Shown one piece after another: positions 1 through 6,885 of a DNA stretch of 13,911 nucleotides. Source of the DNA: a virus. Taxonomy: Duplodnaviria; Heunggongvirae; Uroviricota; Caudoviricetes. Made by a program: the position numbers and the translations under genes. How positions within the stretch are numbered: position 1 is the first letter of the stretch; the number at the start of each line of letters is the position of its first letter. A model generated the notes under the pieces. It saw only the letters and a list, made by a program, of their open reading frames with translations, was not told where the DNA came from and made no database searches. Location of the stretch: IMG/VR virus record IMGVR_UViG_2609459774_000004, one strand, 5' to 3'.

Positions 1-19
1 CTATTTGATAAATATTAAA

Positions 20-1315
20 TTAATTTTTCATTGCTTCGTTATGGGGCATGGTTGGGGCAAACTCGCTTAACTGTGTATTTAACAAAGCTACCTGTGCATT
101 ATTGTTTTCAGACATCCATTTTCCGTATACCTGAAATACCATTTGCGCATCTGCATGGCCCATCTGGTTTGCTATAAATGCCGGGTTAGCACCAGCTGTC
201 AGCGACCAGCAGGCATAAGTATGTCTCGACTGATATGATTTTCGATGGCGGAGTCCGGCACGTTTTATCGCTGCGTCCCACATCTGCCTTATTGAGTCAA
301 CGGTAAAATGGTCACCATAATTTTTTACTCTCGCTGACACTTCAGGTTGAAAAACAAAGGTGCATTTTTGTTTTTCTGTTCTGCCATACTCTCTGAGGTG
401 AACATCAATGATATGCTCTTTGCTCAGTCTCGTTAATGTCATCTGACTCCGGAGAGCGTCGATTGCTGGCTTAATAAGATGAATGACCCGATTGGTTCCC
501 GCCTGTGTTTTTGGTACCGTGAAACGGTCTTTTGCTAAATTTCTCCTGATCATCATTGTTCCATTTTTCAGATCTATGTCCTCCCATCCAAGTGCACACA
601 GCTCACCAGGGCGAACTCCAGTATAAACAGAAACACACCATAAATTTTTTGCTTGCTGATTTCTGCACGCATCGATAAGACGGATAAATTCTTCCCGCGA
701 AAGAGGATCCGGAATGGTTCTTGATTCCTTTAATGGCGAGATCCCCTTAAACGGATTATCTGCCAGGTAACCGTTATCAACACCAAACTGGAACACGGCG
801 TTAAGATTTGTCATGTAATTATTTACAGTTACAGCCGATCTCCCTGGTTGTGTAACAATATAGTTACTTTTGGGGATCTGGTATCCAGTCAGTAACTCTT
901 TACGAACCTCCAGTAATTTTTCTTTATTAATCGATGAGGCAAGATTTTTTTCACCGATTATGCTCAGGATATTTTTGATGACGGCACGGTATGTGTTGAG
1001 TGATGTTTTGGCGACTTCAGTTTCTTTCAGTGCCAGAAATTTTTCAGCCAGTTCTTTTATGGTTAAATCTTGTCGGGCCTCACCAAATTTTTCCAGATTG
1101 CGTGAGGAGGGAAACTGTTTTGCATAGTCGAAAACACCAGTTTTTATTGCGTAACAAACAGAGGAGCGTAGTTCACCTGCAACGCGCCTGTTTTTTGCTG
1201 TGTCAGGAACCCCCAGATTTTCCCTGACTCTTACGTCTTTATAAACAAACCAGATACGTAATTTCCCTCCATGGTTTTCCACGCCTGTCGGATATTTCAT
1301 TTCAACTTCTCTCAT
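20..1315 (-). CDS. Tyrosine-type phage integrase (site-specific recombinase), 431 aa
   Basis: Long minus-strand ORF from the track. C-terminal region carries the tyrosine-recombinase catalytic pattern (HRKSYQSRHTY with H-x-x-R, downstream Tyr in QVYGKW). Sits at the prophage end next to an excisionase-like gene. The second Met (MKYPTG, start near 1300) is an alternative start. Confidence 0.9.
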   Translation of the reverse strand: MREVEMKYPTGVENHGGKLRIWFVYKDVRVRENLGVPDTAKNRRVAGELRSSVCYAIKTGVFDYAKQFPSSRNLEKFGEARQDLTIKELAEKFLALKETEVAKTSLNTYRAVIKNILSIIGEKNLASSINKEKLLEVRKELLTGYQIPKSNYIVTQPGRSAVTVNNYMTNLNAVFQFGVDNGYLADNPFKGISPLKESRTIPDPLSREEFIRLIDACRNQQAKNLWCVSVYTGVRPGELCALGWEDIDLKNGTMMIRRNLAKDRFTVPKTQAGTNRVIHLIKPAIDALRSQMTLTRLSKEHIIDVHLREYGRTEKQKCTFVFQPEVSARVKNYGDHFTVDSIRQMWDAAIKRAGLRHRKSYQSRHTYACWSLTAGANPAFIANQMGHADAQMVFQVYGKWMSENNNAQVALLNTQLSEFAPTMPHNEAMKN

Positions 1316-1334
1316 TAGTTAGTGTGGCTTTTAG

Positions 1335-1586
1335 TCAAGTAAGATGACGTCTTGGTCTCGCTGATGCCTGGCGCTCAATCCAGCGATCAATTTCTTCCAG
1401 GTTGTAAAAGCATGGACTGTTATCCCATGGCATACCGTCATGAGCGACATGCTTATATTCCCTTCCTTCCATAAACGATTTTTCCCGGGCCTTTTTTAAC
1501 GTACCTTTTTTTATTCCTTTCAGCGCAATTAACTGCTCTTCGGATACCCATTTGCCGGGAGAGACAATCATGATTACTTCGCTCAT
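1335..1586 (-). CDS. Excisionase-like small DNA-binding protein (83 aa)
   Basis: Small basic ORF immediately upstream of and co-oriented with the integrase (19-nt gap), the classic xis-int arrangement. Function inferred from position and size only. Confidence 0.55.
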   Translation of the reverse strand: MSEVIMIVSPGKWVSEEQLIALKGIKKGTLKKAREKSFMEGREYKHVAHDGMPWDNSPCFYNLEEIDRWIERQASARPRRHLT

Positions 1587-1658
1587 CGATTTCTTTATCT
1601 CTTACATCAGACGAGCGCCGGTTGCAGAATACCAGTCACAACCGGCGACAGTTGAACA

Positions 1659-4130
1659 TTAAGAATCAGCCTGACTCGGGATCAGTTTTTGCCAGATAAC
1701 TGAAACGTATTTTGCCTGGTAACGGGCGTCATCAAGTGCATTATGGCGCTCACCTTCGAATGGAATAGCCGTTCTGGCATCGAAGTCTATGGCTTTCCCC
1801 AGCTCAACGATTGTGCGTACATCGCGATCGTTGTAGTAACGCCACGGGCAGGGGATCCCCTGCCGTTCGTATGAACGGCGCAAAATCGTGTTGTCGAAGT
1901 TGGCTCCATTTCCCCAAACCTGAACAAAAAATTCACCGGAGTTTTCGTCGATAAATTCTCGCAATTGTAACAGTGCATCATCTAACGGGATTTCATCGGT
2001 CATAATGGCAGATTGCGCTTCGCGTGATTGCTTAAGCCACCATTTAATGGTGTCCCGATCAATGACTCCGCCAGCAGTTTCCAGATCGATAGTCTTACTA
2101 AATTCCGGTCCCATATCTCCGGTTTGCGGATCGAAAAATATTGCACCTATTGAGATGATCGGGGCATCAGGATTTTTTCCCATGGTTTCAAGGTCGATCA
2201 TTAGATGGTCACACGTCCTGCTGGTGGATGTGATTTCGTGATGACCGTTCACCTTAATTGGGTGATCTGCCGTCTCGCCAGTTTCATTATCGCTATTGTG
2301 ATGCTGATTGCCGCCAGTGTTCTCCTTGTGTGGATGTTCAGCGCCTTCCATTTCCTCCGGATCATCTTCCTGAACTTCAACCTGATACTCTTCATCGAAT
2401 GTTTCTTGGTATGTTGCGTCGCCCATCACCGCGCCACAATCAGGGCAGTTGCCGCCGCCGGTCTGACCGCAGGCGGTGCAGACTTTTTCCACTTCCTGTT
2501 GCGCTACTGGTTCAGGCTGTTTCGTTTCTGGCTCGTTTTGTAACGCATTTGGACTGTTTTGTTCCGCTTTTTGGTAGTTCCGTTCCGATTCATGCTGGTT
2601 CTGGTTCACAGAATCGCGGGTCTGGAGCCCCTTAACCCATTTCGGATCATTCGGGTCACTAATCCCTTCAACAAATTCACCACGTGATGCAGCAAGCAAC
2701 TTATCGGCGTCAGGCTGGCTGATATTGGCTGCCTGCATAATTTTGTTTACTTCGTCAGCGGTAACTTTTATCGGCTCTGGTTGTTCTGAATCTTCAGCGG
2801 TATCTACATTTTGCGGTAAGCCCGTGTATGTGCCATTTTTTCGGGCAAAATATTCTTCTTTTGTGATTTCAGTGGCGCCAGCAGCCAGTGCCTTATCCAG
2901 ACCAGAGAGTTTGTTTGCGCGACCGTATTTTTCTCCGTCCTTATCTGCGAAGAGGAAATAGAACGGCCCCTCACGCTCTACAGATGGTTCAGCTTCCGGC
3001 GCGGTTTCATTTTTTGGGATATCAGATACCTCAGTTTCCACTGCATCAGTTTGTGTTTCTGATGACTGGAGAACATCAACAGTGCCCAGGTCTGTTTCTT
3101 CATTCTCAAACACGCCCTTTGTCGTCAGGTATTCGCAGATATATTTGTTCAGTGCTACGGGATCTTTGTGAATGTCGATCGGACGCTCACGGACAAGGCC
3201 AAAAATAGTTTGGCGGTCGTAGCGAAGGGCATCAGGCTGTTTGCGCATTGATGCCGAGATACGCTTCCAGTCTTCGCGGTCGTTGTCGATAACTTCTTTT
3301 TTTGCCCAGCGATGGATGCTGCCGTCAATGTTTCCGGCATCCACATCACTAGGCCAGAGAGCGTAGGCCAGTTCGTCATCCAGTGTTTTCCATGTCTGCT
3401 TGTATTCGCGATGAATGGCAGCAATGACCGGGCTGATTTTTCCTGTTGAATTTTCAGTGTACTGTTGATTGGCTCTGGCGCGGGCGAGATCAACAACAGA
3501 CGTGTATTTTCCGGTTTCCTTGCGTTCACCTTCGCGACGTTTTTTCCAGATGCGCATCTCTGCCTGAATTTCGGGCCATTTAGCACCAGGAATACATTTA
3601 TGCTTAACCCACCCAATGGCGTGCAACTTAAGCTCCGGATACATGGCGTTAACTTCTGGCATTTTCATCAACGCTTCAACGATATGTCCGTCGAATGTTG
3701 CCATGTCTTCCTGCAACAATTCCTGTGCGCTAATAACCATATCAACGGTGATGTTTTCACATGTGTCGAACTTAACCATGACAGCGTTCTGTACTTCAGG
3801 GGCCAGCTTGTCAAAAGTGACGTTCATCGGATCGGATTCAGTCTCAACCGGGACAAAAGAAGCAGACTCCTCATCCCAGCGGTTTTCCTGCATATATTCA
3901 GCATCCCATGAATCGAGGGCAGGGCGGGGTATGCCAGGTTTATCCTCGCAGACAATAAATTTATAAGCGCAGTCCTGAGCAGCCGGATAATGTTCCAGGA
4001 ATTGCCAGTGAAATTTTGCTCGAGCACGGCGTTCGTCGCCAGCTTCAATGGCTGTGGCTACAGCCACAGCGCCTTCTTCCCTTGTTGCCAGTTCGTCAGG
4101 AATAGCGGCGCAAATAAAGACTTTACTCAT
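1659..4130 (-). CDS. Exonuclease VIII-like protein with C-terminal DEDDh (DnaQ-like) 3'-5' exonuclease domain; 823 aa from the ATG at 4130 (frame open to TTG at 4166)
   Basis: Track ORF 1659..4166. The ATG at 4128-4130 (MSKVF) has a GAGG Shine-Dalgarno 9 nt upstream. The C-terminus shows three DEDDh motifs (LMIDLETMG; VWGNGANFDNTIL; HNALDDARYQAKY). The centre has a CxxC-x10-CxxC ribbon (CTACGQTGGGNCPDCG) flanked by acidic and His-rich low-complexity linkers. By position this corresponds to the gene that K-12 Qin retains only as the IS2-truncated ydfE remnant. Confidence 0.8.
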   Translation of the reverse strand: MSKVFICAAIPDELATREEGAVAVATAIEAGDERRARAKFHWQFLEHYPAAQDCAYKFIVCEDKPGIPRPALDSWDAEYMQENRWDEESASFVPVETESDPMNVTFDKLAPEVQNAVMVKFDTCENITVDMVISAQELLQEDMATFDGHIVEALMKMPEVNAMYPELKLHAIGWVKHKCIPGAKWPEIQAEMRIWKKRREGERKETGKYTSVVDLARARANQQYTENSTGKISPVIAAIHREYKQTWKTLDDELAYALWPSDVDAGNIDGSIHRWAKKEVIDNDREDWKRISASMRKQPDALRYDRQTIFGLVRERPIDIHKDPVALNKYICEYLTTKGVFENEETDLGTVDVLQSSETQTDAVETEVSDIPKNETAPEAEPSVEREGPFYFLFADKDGEKYGRANKLSGLDKALAAGATEITKEEYFARKNGTYTGLPQNVDTAEDSEQPEPIKVTADEVNKIMQAANISQPDADKLLAASRGEFVEGISDPNDPKWVKGLQTRDSVNQNQHESERNYQKAEQNSPNALQNEPETKQPEPVAQQEVEKVCTACGQTGGGNCPDCGAVMGDATYQETFDEEYQVEVQEDDPEEMEGAEHPHKENTGGNQHHNSDNETGETADHPIKVNGHHEITSTSRTCDHLMIDLETMGKNPDAPIISIGAIFFDPQTGDMGPEFSKTIDLETAGGVIDRDTIKWWLKQSREAQSAIMTDEIPLDDALLQLREFIDENSGEFFVQVWGNGANFDNTILRRSYERQGIPCPWRYYNDRDVRTIVELGKAIDFDARTAIPFEGERHNALDDARYQAKYVSVIWQKLIPSQADS

Positions 4131-4222
4131 TTGTTTTAACCTCATGACAGATTTAAGGATGAACAAATCCCTGCCATTGCTGGCATATAAGAATGAAACC
4201 GGATATTTATTACGGAACTGTT

Positions 4223-4414
4223 TTAAAGACCTGCCGGGATTTCGATATTATCCTGGTGAATAACTTTATCGACCGGGTAACAGTTACCGGGAATTTTCTG
4301 TTCGGTTGCTGCAGTCATACACTCCTGCATTGTCCTGTGAACACTGACTGCAATATCAACTGGCTCTCCGGAAACAAGAAAAACTGTCAGAACAAGCACA
4401 AATGCTGAATTCAT
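4223..4414 (-). CDS. ydfD: YdfD-like small lysis protein with N-terminal hydrophobic (transmembrane/signal-like) segment, 63 aa
   Basis: Internal Met of track ORF 4223..4468 (MNSAFVLVLTVFLVSG...). Its ATG overlaps the dicB stop as ATGA, implying translational coupling. Length (63 aa), N-terminal hydrophobic helix and position directly downstream of dicB match Qin ydfD. Confidence 0.65.
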   Translation of the reverse strand: MNSAFVLVLTVFLVSGEPVDIAVSVHRTMQECMTAATEQKIPGNCYPVDKVIHQDNIEIPAGL

Positions 4415-4599
4415 TGTGCACATCCTTTTGGCATCAGACGTAAACGAGCCAGCATTGAAACAATGCATATTTTATTTAATAGCTCCCGTTCTTGTTTTCT
4501 CTTGTTAATGGCATCTTCAGTAAATACTGGGTTACTGATAGTGACACCAATTTCAAAACAACCTTCAGACGTATTAACGTTTGGTAATAACGTTTTCAT
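4411..4599 (-). CDS. dicB: DicB cell-division inhibitor (MinC-dependent), 62 aa
   Basis: Internal Met of track ORF 4411..4704: MKTLLPNVNTSEGCFEIGVTISNPVFTEDAINKRKQERELLNKICIVSMLARLRLMPKGCAQ. GAGGA Shine-Dalgarno 7 nt upstream. Length, sequence and position downstream of the DicF sequence fit DicB of the Qin dicB operon. Confidence 0.8.
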   Translation of the reverse strand: MKTLLPNVNTSEGCFEIGVTISNPVFTEDAINKRKQERELLNKICIVSMLARLRLMPKGCAQ

Positions 4600-4768
4600 T
4601 ATCGCGTCCTCAACAATGAATTTTGTGATGCAGTGCCTGGTGCCTCCAGGTGATGTTAACCAGTTAACAATTAACGCCGGATACAGAGAATCCACCCATA
4701 ACACTGTTTTTGGTTTTAACTGTTCCGCGTGCGCTCAGCCGCATTCACCACATCACAAAATTCACTTT

Positions 4769-4826
4769 AAAAAGGGCGGCAGAGCAGTCACGGAGTAAAA
4801 CTGATACCGCCAAACGTCACCAGAAA
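4769..4826 (-). ncRNA. dicF: DicF small regulatory RNA (53-nt body 4774..4826 plus U-tail)
   Basis: Minus-strand sequence UUUCUGGUGACGUUUGGCGGUAUCAGUUUUACUCCGUGACUGCUCUGCCGCCC followed by UUUUU matches DicF as I recall it, including a GC-rich 3' hairpin and U-tract. Located between ydfC and dicB as in Qin. Confidence 0.75.
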
Positions 4827-5166
4827 ATTGATAACAGAGGGCGTTGCAGCGGGGTTGTCACTTAAGCGTATGGTCAACCTGACAACCCGGTGTCCTCAAC
4901 GGGGAAGGAATACCCCCGCCATACTTACCGCCGCGCCATTTCGCGGGTTGCCACAACCGGAAGCGCACGGTCGACGAAAATTTAACGACAGGCTATCTAT
5001 GAACCAGCTACCTCGCCGTGCGCTTTCGCGTTATGGTCTGACTTTTCAGGGAAATATCCTTTCAGTAAACTGTCAGTTCCGGATGCGCACCCGTGTCCGG
5101 CGCACGCACTCCACCTCACCCGTGGAGAACTCCTTAATTACTAACCTTAGCTTTGTTGATTAGCTA

Positions 5167-5385
5167 CTAACGCGGGTATGTAATCATTCTGGCAATGCTT
5201 AATGCCGCTGCTTTTTCCAGATTGGTGATATCCTGCTCCAGAGCGGACAGATTTTCAGCCTGCTTAGCCCTGGCTTCATTAGCCCATTTCAGATCCTGCG
5301 CTGCATTAATTTTCTGGCGCATCCACTCATAAAGTTCATCATCGGTATAGTCTGGCGCGATGATGACGGGTTCTCGTTTCTGCAT
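5167..5385 (-). CDS. ydfC: YdfC-like small protein, 72 aa
   Basis: Track ORF with AGGA Shine-Dalgarno 6 nt upstream of the ATG. Length and position (third gene of the leftward operon after ydfA/ydfB) match Qin ydfC. Function unknown. Confidence 0.6.
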   Translation of the reverse strand: MQKREPVIIAPDYTDDELYEWMRQKINAAQDLKWANEARAKQAENLSALEQDITNLEKAAALSIARMITYPR

Positions 5386-5414
5386 ACTGATTCCTCGCGG
5401 TGCTGTTTCGCTTA

Positions 5415-5543
5415 TCAGCCGTTAGATTTTGCCGAACTGGAAAGCGCGTGTTTAAACTCACTGAAGCTGAGAGCTTCTTCGCCTTCGGCAAGGCCTTCGA
5501 AGTATTCTTCGTAAGCCTTTTCCATGATTGTGTCGAAATCCAT
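5415..5543 (-). CDS. ydfB: YdfB-like small acidic protein, 42 aa (below the ORF-track size cutoff)
   Basis: Hand-translated: MDFDTIMEKAYEEYFEGLAEGEEALSFSEFKHALSSSAKSNG. GGTGA Shine-Dalgarno about 5 nt upstream of the ATG, which sits 2 nt after the ydfA stop. The 42-aa length matches Qin ydfB. It competes with the overlapping basic track ORF 5339..5548. Confidence 0.5.
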   Translation of the reverse strand: MDFDTIMEKAYEEYFEGLAEGEEALSFSEFKHALSSSAKSNG

Positions 5544-5544
5544 A

Positions 5545-5700
5545 TCACTCACCTGAGTTTCTTTCCAGCCAGCGACGGGCACCATTTTCGGTTTTAAACG
5601 TTTTGCTTTTGGTATACGTCATTGCGGTGAACGTGCCGTCCTGGTTTGGAAACACGCCGTACACCAGAGATTCGTTGTTGCCAAGATCGATAGTATCCAT
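5545..5700 (-). CDS. ydfA: YdfA-like small protein, 51 aa
   Basis: Internal Met of track ORF 5545..5754 (MDTIDLGNNESLVYGVF...) with AGGT 5 nt upstream. First gene downstream of the pL-like promoter. Length 51 aa matches Qin ydfA. Confidence 0.6.
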   Translation of the reverse strand: MDTIDLGNNESLVYGVFPNQDGTFTAMTYTKSKTFKTENGARRWLERNSGE

Positions 5701-5777
5701 GCTGACCTCATTTCCCCTTAACGCCGGGGTAGCGGAACTGTTTGCTGAGAACACCGTGCGGTGTCTTGATGGAAAGT

Positions 5778-5833
5778 AATTTAGAATAACCTAACATGAT
5801 AGGCAAGTGTTTTTTGTTAGATTGGTCTAACAA
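5778..5833 (-). promoter_or_regulatory. Leftward early promoter candidate with two operator-like palindromes (OL)
   Basis: Minus-strand -35 TTGCCT (5801-5806) and -10 TAAATT (5778-5783) with 17-nt spacer. Perfect palindrome TTGTTAGA-ttgg-TCTAACAA at 5814-5833. Second site TTAGGTTATTCTAA (minus-strand reading of 5781-5794) repeats the 6277-6292 site at OR. Confidence 0.4.
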
Positions 5834-5868
5834 AAAGAGTGGGCGCAACTAATCACTTGAAAAGAATG

Positions 5869-6276
5869 TTATTTTATTGATTTATTTTTACGCGCTTTAA
5901 GCATTTCTTCGAAGAGTTTGTTGAAGTTTTCTACTCTTGCGCGCATTTCAGACAGCAAGGCTTCCTGCTCGGAAGATGGAAGAGCATCGAATAATTCGAT
6001 CAATTCTTTGTGGTTGGGAGTTAGCTCTGTTTCCACATGAAGTTCTTGTGCAGGCACTGGTGCCTTGTCTTCGTCACCAAACATTAGCCATGTAGGTGAG
6101 CACTTCAGAGCATCCGCTAAAGCAAACAATCGTTTTCCGACTGGCTGGGTTTCGTCTCTTTCCCATTGTGAAATTGTGACGTGAGCAACTCCAGCGAGGC
6201 GCGCAGCTTCTCGTTGTGTTAAGCGTAATTCTTTTCGTCGCGCCAGAACTCGCTGGCCTAGGGTTCTTGTATCCAT
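5869..6276 (-). CDS. dicA: DicA-type HTH (XRE family) prophage repressor, 135 aa, no S24 peptidase domain
   Basis: N-terminal HTH (LRLTQREAARLAGVAHVTISQWE). Divergent from a Cro-like gene across a 77-bp operator region. The 135-aa length matches DicA. C-terminal half is a short helical tail with no LexA-like Ser/Lys cleavage module. Confidence 0.85.
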   Translation of the reverse strand: MDTRTLGQRVLARRKELRLTQREAARLAGVAHVTISQWERDETQPVGKRLFALADALKCSPTWLMFGDEDKAPVPAQELHVETELTPNHKELIELFDALPSSEQEALLSEMRARVENFNKLFEEMLKARKNKSIK

Positions 6277-6353
6277 AGTTAGGTAATTCTAATTTTTCTT
6301 GACTTAGGTATCCCGCGCACAATAATGTTAGAAAAGTCTAACAAGAGGGGGCT
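6277..6353. promoter_or_regulatory. Divergent promoter/operator region between dicA and dicC (OR)
   Basis: Rightward -35 TTGACT (6299-6304), 17-nt spacer, -10 ATAATG (6322-6327). Palindrome TGTTAGA-aaag-TCTAACA at 6326-6343 overlaps the -10/+1. Second site AGTTAGGTAATTCTAA at 6277-6292 abuts the dicA start. Confidence 0.5.
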
Positions 6354-6356
6354 TTG

Positions 6357-6584
6357 ATGCTTAAAGTTGACGCAATTACTTTTTTTGGCAGCAAAACAAA
6401 GCTTGCCAATGCCGCAGGGGTGAGACTGGCAAGTGTTGCTGCTTGGGGGATACTGGTTCCTGAAGGTCGCGCGATGCGTCTACAGGAGGCATCTGGCGGG
6501 GAGCTTCAGTATGATCCCAAAGTTTATGATGAATATCGTAAGACGAAGCGGGCGGGGCGGTTGAACAATGAAAATCACTCCTGA
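6357..6584 (+). CDS. dicC: DicC / Cro-like (YdaS-family) small DNA-binding protein
   Basis: Track ORF 6354..6584 (76 aa from TTG). The ATG at 6357 has GAGGGGG 6 nt upstream. Protein MLKVDAITFFGSKTKLANAAGVRLASVAAWG... has a Cro/YdaS-like HTH pattern and is divergent from the repressor. Confidence 0.75.
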   Translation: MLKVDAITFFGSKTKLANAAGVRLASVAAWGILVPEGRAMRLQEASGGELQYDPKVYDEYRKTKRAGRLNNENHS

Positions 6585-6885
6585 ACAGGCTCGTGAGGCT
6601 CTGGATGCCTGGATATGTCGACCAGGAATGACACAGGAGCAGGCGACGATATTAATCACTGAAGCATTCTGGGCTTTGAAAGAGCGCCCGAACATCGATG
6701 TTCAGCGTGTCACATATGAAGGTGGCGCGATTGATCAGCGAGCGCTTGGCGTTAATCGAGTGAAGATATTTGAACGCTGGAAGGCTATCGACACCAGGGA
6801 TAAGCGTGAAAAGTTCACGGCGCTAGTGCCTGCAATTATGGAGGCTACAGATTATTCCTTACCTCGTGAGTTTTGCCTTTGCTGA
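6568..6885 (+). CDS. YdaT-like (CII-analog family) protein, 105 aa, probably C-terminally truncated
   Basis: Overlaps the dicC 3' end. Shares the ...ERWKAIDTRDKREKF..LVPAIMEA...LPRE pattern I recall from Rac YdaT (about 140 aa). Ends early and overlaps the next ORF by 20 nt in another frame. Confidence 0.55.
   Translation: MKITPEQAREALDAWICRPGMTQEQATILITEAFWALKERPNIDVQRVTYEGGAIDQRALGVNRVKIFERWKAIDTRDKREKFTALVPAIMEATDYSLPREFCLC

Noticed and set aside
870-1227. Plus-strand ORFs 870..1127 and 1000..1227
   Set aside because: Antisense to the integrase gene, with no support beyond being open.
2005-3966. Plus-strand ORFs of 70-150 aa (2005..2241, 2205..2543, 2258..2635, 2725..2961, 2888..3208, 3465..3911, 3616..3966) and minus-strand 3155..3616, 3824..4048, 1787..1981
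   Set aside because: All lie inside the 823-aa exonuclease gene on the opposite strand or in alternative frames. Their proteins are low-complexity and Cys/Arg/Phe-rich, typical of shadow ORFs, and none has a convincing ribosome-binding site.
4463-5163. Plus-strand ORFs 4463..4798 and 4828..5163 (111 aa each)
   Set aside because: The first is antisense to dicB. The second covers the DicF/structured-leader region, starts at TTG, and encodes an Arg-rich junk-like peptide. The region is better explained as the processed dicF leader on the minus strand.
4830-5166. Retron msr/msd or group II intron interpretation of the GC-rich structured segment
   Set aside because: No reverse-transcriptase ORF is adjacent and no recognisable intron domain V motif. 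The known DicF sRNA sits at its 3' end, so a processed operon leader is the simpler explanation.
6074-6695. Minus-strand ORFs 6074..6322 and 6480..6695
   Set aside because: They overlap the repressor gene in another frame or lie antisense to dicC and the YdaT-like ORF.
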